From a virus (lineage: Duplodnaviria; Caudoviricetes), in the IMG/VR virus record IMGVR_UViG_3300025251_000021, positions 1 through 44,080 of that record: 44,080 nucleotides of DNA; one strand, given 5' to 3'. Shown here in pieces: positions 8,893 to 16,411 of this stretch. Each line of letters starts with the position of its first letter. Position 1 is the stretch's first letter. The position numbers and the translations under genes were made by a program. The notes beneath the pieces are model-generated. The model made no database searches and was not told the DNA's origin. It worked only from the letters and a program-made list of their open reading frames with translations.

Positions 8893-9411
8893 CTATATAG
8901 TTTGTCTCTTAATCTTTAGAAATAACTTTGTTTTCTCATTAACTTCATTAGACAATCTTTCAGTAGGAGTAATCGCTTTATCTTCAAGTTCATACTTGTC
9001 TACTAAGATTTCTGTCTTTGAGTAGATATCTGTGCTGTCTGTTCTGCTGTGTATCTCAAAGTTCTTGTCTTTACTTTCTAAAGAGTAATAAGTCCCTGAT
9101 TTACCAAGAGTAGTTGCAAGTTTTCTAACACCTGATATAGCTTCTCTAATTGTATCGTAGCCTGTAGTTTGTCTGTAGTAATCATCATAAGAGTCTACTT
9201 CTTTTAACTTAGCTACTAACATTTTATGTTCATCGTTTAATAGATGGACTAGTTCTGCTATAACATTATATTGTGAATTCGCAACTCTCTCTATTGTAAA
9301 TCTAATAGATATTTCTATATCTTCTACCGGAACCTTTTTATCTACCCACTGCTTACAGCAAGGACATTTAGTAGTTTCGGTAATGCAGATATCTTTATTT
9401 TCTATTATCAT
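8893..9411 (-). CDS. hypothetical protein with CPCC motif; first gene of the left arm
   Basis: 172-aa ORF, AAGGA upstream. Confidence 0.65.
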   Translation of the reverse strand: MIIENKDICITETTKCPCCKQWVDKKVPVEDIEISIRFTIERVANSQYNVIAELVHLLNDEHKMLVAKLKEVDSYDDYYRQTTGYDTIREAISGVRKLATTLGKSGTYYSLESKDKNFEIHSRTDSTDIYSKTEILVDKYELEDKAITPTERLSNEVNEKTKLFLKIKRQTI

Positions 9412-9522
9412 TTATCTCTTATTCCTTTGTAGAGTTAGTTTCTCATTTTGGATATAAAACCCATTCAATATAGTCATTTTTGATTAAAAAACAAAATTAT
9501 TTAAAAATGAATGCTTATGTAT

Positions 9523-9567
9523 TTCTAATCGCCTAAGTTTTGATAGTTCTCTATTAGGCGATTAGAA
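9523..9567. repeat. 14-bp perfect inverted repeat (hairpin unit 0)
   Basis: TTCTAATCGCCTAA-17nt-TTAGGCGATTAGAA. Confidence 0.8.
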
Positions 9568-9735
9568 TTAAAATACCTCTCTATCTTGCGTTTTAAAGCG
9601 TTTTAGGTGTTTTTTTGAGATAACGCCAATTTTGCAGAATGATTTTATTTATTTGTATTTATCTTATTTATTTGTATTCTTTATAGTTCGGCTTATCTGT
9701 TAATGATAAGGGACAAAATAAAAGGAATTAATCTA

Positions 9736-10317
9736 ATGAATGTAATTAAGATTAAGTTTCAAGATTGTGCAAGTAAGGGAATTAAACTTCCTGAAACTTC
9801 CGCGACTCAACATTACGCTACGCTTTTAGCAAAAGCAGAAGCTGATGACAAGATGAACGAAAACATCGATAATGGCGTTTTTAAGTCGCTATCAAAGGAA
9901 CAAATCAAGAGTGCTAACATTTCTTATGTTACGCCCGAAGATTTGGCGTTATCTAATGGCTCAGTTGTTACTTTTAGTTCAAATGTTGAACGATTAAATG
10001 CAATTTCAAGAGCTAAGGGAACGCGTTCAAGTTGGTGGAATACGAAGATGAAACTTTGTAATCCGGAACTATTTGAACAAGGCGAAAAGTTCTTGAAAGT
10101 CGTTCAAGCCTACGCAGATAAAGACGCTAATTTTAAGGCGGAATGGGTTGAAAAGGAAACTTTGGATAATGGCGACATAGTCCAAAGGCGTTTCAGTGGA
10201 CAAGCTCAGTTTGGCTTTATTGGTAAACGCCCTACTGCAAAAGTTGGTAATCATAAGTTATTGGGACAAACAATAACAAAAGCAAAAGACAAAAAGGTGG
10301 TAGAAAAAAGCAGTTAA
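9736..10317 (+). CDS. orphan 193-aa protein in its own transcription unit
   Basis: AAAGGA RBS before ATG 9736, followed by a terminator. Confidence 0.75.
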   Translation: MNVIKIKFQDCASKGIKLPETSATQHYATLLAKAEADDKMNENIDNGVFKSLSKEQIKSANISYVTPEDLALSNGSVVTFSSNVERLNAISRAKGTRSSWWNTKMKLCNPELFEQGEKFLKVVQAYADKDANFKAEWVEKETLDNGDIVQRRFSGQAQFGFIGKRPTAKVGNHKLLGQTITKAKDKKVVEKSS

Positions 10318-10338
10318 TCTAATAGTCGATTAGATAAG

Positions 10339-10373
10339 AAAAAGCCCTAAGCGAAATTTAGGGCTTTTTTTTT
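10339..10373 (+). terminator. intrinsic terminator (possibly bidirectional)
   Basis: AAAAAGCCCTAAG-CGAAA-TTTAGGGCTTTTTTTTT. Confidence 0.85.
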
Positions 10374-10388
10374 GCCTAAATTGAAAAA

Positions 10389-10993
10389 CTTGACTTGGGG
10401 AATGGCCGAATAGAAATTTCAGTTCTCTATTCGGCCATAATAACCATAATATCTATAATAATATTAGTCGCTATCAAGCCAAGCCAAAAAAAAGATGATC
10501 ACCGGATGTTGATTATACTTGACTTTAATCAAAATACTCTAATTAAATATTCGGCTATTTTTCTAATAAACTTGCTTGGGGGTTGCAGCCGAATAAATTA
10601 GAATTATTATTTTTGTTTATATAATTCTCTATTCGGCTGTAATAATTGTAATAATAGGACTCTCTATCAAGCCAAACCACGAAAAACCTTTGACCAGGCA
10701 CACGAATAAGGTTGACATCATCAATAAATCAAAAGTGGGTAATGGCCATAACGGTAACGATCAACCTGGGAAAGCAGCTCTTTGTAACTTCAACAATATG
10801 TGGACTTAGAAATGTGCTCAAAGTGTGCTTAAAAGCGGTGGGTAATGGATACCTTATATTAGGTAAAAGTGGGTGCTGTTACCCTATGCTGTAAGTCCAG
10901 CAATATGTGGAGTTAGAAGACTTGACTGGGGGTTGCAGCTGGATAAATTAGATTTAGTCCTTTTGTTTTCTAAATCTCTATCCAGCTGCAATA
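10389..10993 (+). repeat. three related hairpin repeat units (starts 10389, 10571, 10921)
   Basis: Each begins CTTG..TGGGG, then a 13-bp stem whose 3' arm is reached through TCTCTAT; compensatory changes between copies. Confidence 0.8.
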
Positions 10994-11208
10994 ATCACTA
11001 TTTGATTTTTCAAATTTTCAACGTAATCTTTCAAACTGCACTCTTTTTAGACCCGGCCCCCTTTGTGAATTGAAGAACGACACACAATCTCGCCCTATTT
11101 TTTGATACTGGACTGTTTTTTTCAACTTTTTTGTAAAATTTTGCGGGAATACTCTAATATGGGGTAAAAAACTTATAAAAAAAAATTTTTCGGGATAAAG
11201 ATCTCTCC

Positions 11209-11273
11209 GAGCACCGAGTATTATTAAATAAATAGATTTAATAGATTGTTTTTTTTAAGAGCACCGAGTATTA
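11209..11273 (+). repeat. 15-bp direct repeat GAGCACCGAGTATTA x2, 50-bp period
   Basis: Copies at 11209-11223 and 11259-11273. Confidence 0.85.
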
Positions 11274-11337
11274 AAGGTAATGCTTTCCTTTTATTGTTGT
11301 CAACTATTATTTATCTTTAATTTTTTTAAAAAAGGTG

Positions 11338-11367
11338 TTGACGTGTGTACCTATTTAGTATTAATTT
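11338..11367 (+). promoter_or_regulatory. sigma70-like promoter of the right arm
   Basis: TTGACG-18-TAATTT upstream of the first plus-strand gene. Confidence 0.5.
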
Positions 11368-11398
11368 GCATACACATTTAACAAATAGGGAGAAAAGA

Positions 11399-11701
11399 AT
11401 GGATTTATTAGGGAATATAACTATTGGAGGACACGAGTATAGTATTCTTTTAAAAGAGCTGGTACACGAGGACGACGATAAGACGTTATATGGAAGACAT
11501 ATGGTAGATGCAAACATCATTTACTTAAATAAAGACATTGTAGAATCAAGAAAAAAAGAAACACTGATCCACGAAGTAATTCACGCAATTCTATACAATA
11601 CAGGACAACAACATAAAGAACCACTGATAGAAGCGATATCGAACGGGTTTTTTCAATTAGGAATAGGAGACTATATATGGGACCAAGTCAAAGAAAATTA
11701 A
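11399..11701 (+). CDS. small HExxH zinc metallopeptidase-like protein
   Basis: LYG...IYLN....RKKETLIHEVIHA; GGGAG RBS before ATG 11399. Confidence 0.75.
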   Translation: MDLLGNITIGGHEYSILLKELVHEDDDKTLYGRHMVDANIIYLNKDIVESRKKETLIHEVIHAILYNTGQQHKEPLIEAISNGFFQLGIGDYIWDQVKEN

Positions 11702-11847
11702 AAAAAGAATTTAAAAAAGAAGATAGTAGGTTTTGGAGAGACTATAGATTAGCATATAATCAAGTTATGGACCTATATAATGAGATGAAAAGATCAAAAG
11801 CATCTGAAAAATGGTATTTGGAAAGAAGAAGAATACTAAATGACTAA
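11677..11847 (+). CDS. small basic hypothetical protein (56 aa)
   Basis: AGGAG RBS; fills the gap; below the ORF-track cutoff. Confidence 0.55.
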   Translation: MGPSQRKLKKEFKKEDSRFWRDYRLAYNQVMDLYNEMKRSKASEKWYLERRRILND

Positions 11848-12196
11848 AACAATTTTAATTGAAGATATTGTAGGGTATATTAAAGAGAATTACCCCGAAA
11901 CCGAAGAAATGTTTCAAAAAGAGTTAAACAATATGTATTTAACCTTTTGTAGTAAACAATATGATTACGGTCCAAACAACATTGCAATGGGAACCTTATT
12001 AAGCAATGACAAAGAAATCAGTATGTCCTTATTAGGGATTATAGTGAGATTAAATGATAAAGTTAACAGACTGGTTAATTTAGCCACCAAACACGACTTC
12101 AAGGCACAAAATGAGCCGATTGAAGATGCGTTCTTAGATGTAGCAATCTATTGTGTAATGGCATTAATCGTCAAATCAGGAAAATGGAGTAAATAA
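11840..12196 (+). CDS. nucleotide-modification-associated domain 1 (DUF1599-like) protein
   Basis: KQYDYG..N, G...RLNDK.NRL, E.IEDAFLD.A.Y pattern. Confidence 0.75.
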   Translation: MTKTILIEDIVGYIKENYPETEEMFQKELNNMYLTFCSKQYDYGPNNIAMGTLLSNDKEISMSLLGIIVRLNDKVNRLVNLATKHDFKAQNEPIEDAFLDVAIYCVMALIVKSGKWSK

Positions 12197-12297
12197 TGGC
12201 AAAGAAAGCAAAGAGTAAAAAAGTAGCTAAAAAGTTAGATTTTTGGCAAAGAGTAGCACTTGGTTGGAAAAAGTTCTTTTCACGTGGTTGGAAGTAA
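12196..12297 (+). CDS. 33-aa basic amphipathic peptide
   Basis: MAKKAKSKKVAKKLDFWQRVALGWKKFFSRGWK; GGAG RBS, TAATG coupling. Confidence 0.55.
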   Translation: MAKKAKSKKVAKKLDFWQRVALGWKKFFSRGWK

Positions 12298-12299
12298 TT

Positions 12300-13028
12300 A
12301 TGGCCGCGATAAAATGGACAGAAGACGAAGTTAGAATCATAGATCAATATGAAAGAACCGCTAAGTCAGCGTTTGTATTATATCAAGAAATAAGAAAAGC
12401 TGGATATAATAGAACGTATAAAGCAGTTTCAAGAAAAATTGAGTCTTTGGGACTTAGAAAACCAACTCGATATACTACCGGACACGAAATGACTATTGGG
12501 TATTTAGACATTGAATCCACAGGATTTAGTGCAAATATAGACATTATGTTGTCCTGGTGTATTAAGGGAAGGGGAGAAAAAGAAGTAGCTGGTGCTTCCA
12601 TAACAAGAGAAGAGCTAATGTCTGAAAATCAAGATGCTCGCATTGTTGAACAGCTTGTAGACGAAATGAATAAGTATGATGTAATCTTTACTTACTATGG
12701 AACGAGGTTTGATATTCCATTTATAAGAACTAGAGCATTGCATCATAAAACTTATTTCCCGATGTATAGACAAAAATCGCATAAGGATTTATATTATGTG
12801 GTAAAATCTAAATTAAAACTACATCGTTCTTCGTTAATGGCTGCAACCGAATTCTTTGGGATTGGAGGTAAAACAAGAGTATTGCCCGAACATTGGGCAA
12901 AAGCAAGATGGGGCGATGAAAAGTCAATGAAGTATATCTATGATCACAATGTTGCAGATGTTGTAATCTTAGAAAAACTGCATCGCAAACTTGAAGAATA
13001 TGCTGCACCAAACGTTAACCCAATTTAA
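12300..13028 (+). CDS. N-terminal HTH/Myb-like domain plus DnaQ/RNase_H_2-type 3'-5' exonuclease
   Basis: WTEDE; YLDIESTG, YGTRFDIPFI, HKDLY, HNVADV motifs. Confidence 0.8.
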   Translation: MAAIKWTEDEVRIIDQYERTAKSAFVLYQEIRKAGYNRTYKAVSRKIESLGLRKPTRYTTGHEMTIGYLDIESTGFSANIDIMLSWCIKGRGEKEVAGASITREELMSENQDARIVEQLVDEMNKYDVIFTYYGTRFDIPFIRTRALHHKTYFPMYRQKSHKDLYYVVKSKLKLHRSSLMAATEFFGIGGKTRVLPEHWAKARWGDEKSMKYIYDHNVADVVILEKLHRKLEEYAAPNVNPI

Positions 13029-13038
13029 GGAGAAATGA

Positions 13039-13224
13039 ATGTATTATTTAAATATAGGAAATAAAGAGATGGATATTATTCTAAATGCATTAGAAGGTTA
13101 TGGAGTAACTGGATCTGATGATGATAATCATTTTGCACAAGTAGCTGCAGAATTAGTAAGTGATAATATCTATAGACAAATAAATAAAAAAAGCAGTGAG
13201 GATAGAAATGACCAAAAAAGATAA
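13039..13224 (+). CDS. hypothetical protein
   Basis: AAGGAG RBS. Confidence 0.6.
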   Translation: MYYLNIGNKEMDIILNALEGYGVTGSDDDNHFAQVAAELVSDNIYRQINKKSSEDRNDQKR

Positions 13225-13453
13225 AGGTCAAGAACAGGTTATTAACAGAGACGGAAATGAAATCAAATTCTATATGGATGACTTAAGCAATGAAGCAAAA
13301 TCGCAATATGTTAGAGCGAATCAACTTGCATCAGAAGTTGTGCAATTAGAACAAGTATTGAATGAAAAACGTTTTATTGTTAATAACTATGTTTCTTTTG
13401 TTGTCAATGAACTTGATGACAACAAAGATGTTGACGACAAAGAAGAAAAATAG
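13208..13453 (+). CDS. hypothetical coiled-coil protein
   Basis: GAGGA RBS before ATG (MTKKDKG...). Confidence 0.65.
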   Translation: MTKKDKGQEQVINRDGNEIKFYMDDLSNEAKSQYVRANQLASEVVQLEQVLNEKRFIVNNYVSFVVNELDDNKDVDDKEEK

Positions 13454-13461
13454 ATAAATTA

Positions 13462-14226
13462 ATGAAGACTCGTGAAATAAAAGGAGTCACTCATTATTTA
13501 TATGAAGATGTTGCCGAGTTCCGAGACTATCACGATAGTGTCGCTCTGGTCTCAGATTGGCGACATTCTTCTATAGGTAATTGGGTTTTAACTGATGATG
13601 GTCAGGTTTGTCAAGTATTACATTTAGGAATGCTAAATAAGGATAATGACAAAAGAAAGACATATACGTTTATTCGAACTGTTATAGGTTCTTTTATTTG
13701 TGAAAAAAATGTTTTAATAAAAGGACCAATGAGAACGAATATGCACACTTTTTCATCTGATGGGAAATCACCTTCTGTTAGAAGAAAAGAAAAAGAGAAA
13801 GCAAATAACGCAGAATTTTTGTTTGCAAAGTATGTTGCAAAAGGAGATGATGTTGTAGAAGCATATATGAAAGTGTTTCCAACAAATAATGAAAAATATG
13901 CATCAGGACAAGCAAAAATGTTGCTTAAAACAGATAGGGTTAGAAATTTGATCAGAGAAGAAATAGATAAATACTTAGACGAAGCTGATATTACTCCTTC
14001 TTATCTTTTATCAGAAATGAGAAACATTGTTGATAAAAGAGATAGTTCAGATAGAGATAAACTTTCAGCGCTTAATACATTAATTAAAATCTCAGGGATG
14101 ATGGATACAGATAAGAAAATAGAATCTTTAACATTATTTCAGGGATTTTCACAGGAGCAATTGAATGCAATTCAAAAATCGAAAAACAAAAAATTACTTG
14201 AAGTTAAAAAGTCTTCAGAGAAATAA
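13462..14226 (+). CDS. terS: probable terminase small subunit
   Basis: C-terminal FAKYVAKG....EAY..VF...A..LL helical TerS-like pattern; upstream of TerL. Confidence 0.6.
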   Translation: MKTREIKGVTHYLYEDVAEFRDYHDSVALVSDWRHSSIGNWVLTDDGQVCQVLHLGMLNKDNDKRKTYTFIRTVIGSFICEKNVLIKGPMRTNMHTFSSDGKSPSVRRKEKEKANNAEFLFAKYVAKGDDVVEAYMKVFPTNNEKYASGQAKMLLKTDRVRNLIREEIDKYLDEADITPSYLLSEMRNIVDKRDSSDRDKLSALNTLIKISGMMDTDKKIESLTLFQGFSQEQLNAIQKSKNKKLLEVKKSSEK

Positions 14227-14392
14227 TAGATGTTATATATGCAATAGAAGACTTAAAAAAACAGGTGTTTATATTTTAAGTCCAAAACAGAGAGATGTCA
14301 CAGCTATAAAATGTATTTATTGTTTGACTATATATGATCCAAATTTTGAGATTATTACTTTAGGAATTCCACATATAGCTGGGTATGCATAA
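14165..14392 (+). CDS. small Zn-ribbon protein
   Basis: CYIC...CIYC; start uncertain. Confidence 0.55.
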   Translation: MQFKNRKTKNYLKLKSLQRNNRCYICNRRLKKTGVYILSPKQRDVTAIKCIYCLTIYDPNFEIITLGIPHIAGYA

Positions 14393-14793
14393 TGAGACTA
14401 GCAGTATACGGAACATTAAGAAGAGGTTCTCCCTACACTGGGAAAGTAGAGGGATTTAGTTTAGTGTTTCCTGGTGAACTTTCTTTTCCTGCTTTAATAA
14501 AAAATAAAAAAGGAGAAGGAGCTGTGGTTGAAATGATGGATGTTAATAATGAAGACTTATCATACTTTGATAGTTATGAGAATATTGATGGCGGTTTATA
14601 TATAAGAACTACAACTGATGTTAATCTAGATAATGGAAAAACGGAAAAAGCTTGGATATATGTAGCAGGGCCGTTACTTTGGGAAAACTCAAAAACATTT
14701 ACAGAGGTTCCTGACGGGGATTGGTTGTCTTCTAAAACACTAATGATGATGAATAGAGTTGATGACTATGAAAGACAAGCCTCAGAATTTTAA
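14392..14793 (+). CDS. gamma-glutamylcyclotransferase (AIG2/GGACT-like)
   Basis: AVYGTLRRG, D.YE....LY.R, AWIY, GDW motifs. Confidence 0.85.
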   Translation: MRLAVYGTLRRGSPYTGKVEGFSLVFPGELSFPALIKNKKGEGAVVEMMDVNNEDLSYFDSYENIDGGLYIRTTTDVNLDNGKTEKAWIYVAGPLLWENSKTFTEVPDGDWLSSKTLMMMNRVDDYERQASEF

Positions 14794-16345
14794 CATTATT
14801 CCACCAGATCTTGCAGCAAAGGAAAAAGCATTAGAGCTTGCAAAAAGAGATATCATTACATTTGGTCAAATGTTTCTACCCGAAGATTTTATGAAATCTT
14901 CCCCAGCGCCTTATCAGTACGAATTAAGTAAAATTCTTTTAGGTGACGAAAAAAGAGTTTGTTTAATCTTACCTAGAGGACACGCAAAATCAACCTTAGC
15001 AAAAACAGCATTATTACATAGGTTATATTTTAATCCACCCGATAGAAGAGAATTTATTGCTTGGGTATCTGAAGAACAGTCTCAGGCAACAGACCATATT
15101 AAATATATTCAAAACCATATTGATATTAATCCTGCTTTACAATATTACTTTGGAGATTTAAAAGGAGAAAAATGGACTGAAAAAGAATTTACTACTGCAA
15201 GAGGAGATAGGATTATTGCTAAAGGAACTACTCAAAGATTACGTGGTCGTTCTCAATTAGGTTTAAGATATACCAATATTGTTCTTGACGACTTTGAATC
15301 AGAACTAAATACAAAAACTCCTGATAGGAGAAGAGAAATTAAAGAATGGGTTATGTCTACAGTAGAACCTGCTTTAGAAAATTCTAAAGAGCAAGAAGGA
15401 TCTATATGGTTGATTGGAACTATTGTTCATTATGATTCTTTTTTACAAAGTGTTTATGATGGGTATGAGTCTGCAAGAAAGAATGAAAGAAAATATGCTT
15501 GGAAAGTTATGTTTAAAAAAGCAATTACAGACGGAATTCCTTTATGGCCAAGTTATTTTAGTAAAGAAAAATTAAGTGATATTAAGAGAAGGTTCTCTGA
15601 TATGGGGCTTGTTCATAAATTTGCACAAGAATATTTAAACGAAGCAAGAGATTTAGATTCTGCAAAATTTATGATAGATAGAATAAACTATTATGATGGA
15701 ACTGTAGAGTCTAGAAACAATTTTAACTATATGTTAGTAGATCAATCAGCAATTCCTGTAAATGTATATGTTGGAGTAGATTTAGCATATGAAGCAAACT
15801 CTAAGAGTGATTATCAGGTTATAATGGTAATAGGAATTGATAAAAGTAGAAATATATATGTTATAGATTATTATAGACAAAGATCTCCCTTGTATGATAT
15901 GCCTAAGAGAATAGTAGAGATAGCAAGACAATACAGTCCGGTTAGAAGGGTTAATGTTGAAAAGGTGGGTGCGCAAGGGGTAATCAAAGATTATGTAAAT
16001 CAATTAATTGGTTCAGATAGAAGACTAGCTCCTGGGTTAGCACAAGGAGTAAGACCTCCATCAGGCATTAAAAAAGAAGATAGAATAGAAGCATTGCTTT
16101 GTCCTATTGTTAATAGAAGAAAGTTATTTATAAGAAAGGAACACGTTGACTTAGTAGAAGAAATGTTTCAGTTTCCTAAAGGTAGAAATGATGATGTCCT
16201 AGATGGTTTATGGTATGCAGTCACAACTGCTAAACCACCTAGAAGTTCTGCTATAGAAATCTCAGATTTTGACGATATTGGATTAAAAGAAGATAAAAGC
16301 TTTGTTTCACAGACTATTTCTTGGATTACAGGTCAAAAAGATTAG
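14768..16345 (+). CDS. terL: terminase large subunit
   Basis: Walker A PRGHAKST, Walker B IVLDDFE, IGT, nuclease GVDLA, DDVLDGL. Confidence 0.93.
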   Translation: MKDKPQNFNIIPPDLAAKEKALELAKRDIITFGQMFLPEDFMKSSPAPYQYELSKILLGDEKRVCLILPRGHAKSTLAKTALLHRLYFNPPDRREFIAWVSEEQSQATDHIKYIQNHIDINPALQYYFGDLKGEKWTEKEFTTARGDRIIAKGTTQRLRGRSQLGLRYTNIVLDDFESELNTKTPDRRREIKEWVMSTVEPALENSKEQEGSIWLIGTIVHYDSFLQSVYDGYESARKNERKYAWKVMFKKAITDGIPLWPSYFSKEKLSDIKRRFSDMGLVHKFAQEYLNEARDLDSAKFMIDRINYYDGTVESRNNFNYMLVDQSAIPVNVYVGVDLAYEANSKSDYQVIMVIGIDKSRNIYVIDYYRQRSPLYDMPKRIVEIARQYSPVRRVNVEKVGAQGVIKDYVNQLIGSDRRLAPGLAQGVRPPSGIKKEDRIEALLCPIVNRRKLFIRKEHVDLVEEMFQFPKGRNDDVLDGLWYAVTTAKPPRSSAIEISDFDDIGLKEDKSFVSQTISWITGQKD

Positions 16346-16352
16346 AAAAGTG

Positions 16353-16382
16353 TTGACATAGATAAGTTAAAAGTATTATTTT
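16353..16382 (+). promoter_or_regulatory. sigma70-like promoter before the portal gene
   Basis: TTGACA-18-TATTTT; shares TGTTGACATAGA with the promoter at 35267. Confidence 0.55.
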
Positions 16383-16411
16383 TAGTATAAAAATTAATTT
16401 GGGAGAATACC

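Noticed and set aside
10389-10993. CRISPR array
   Set aside because: Units are long, degenerate and irregularly spaced, with no constant repeat or spacer length and no cas operon
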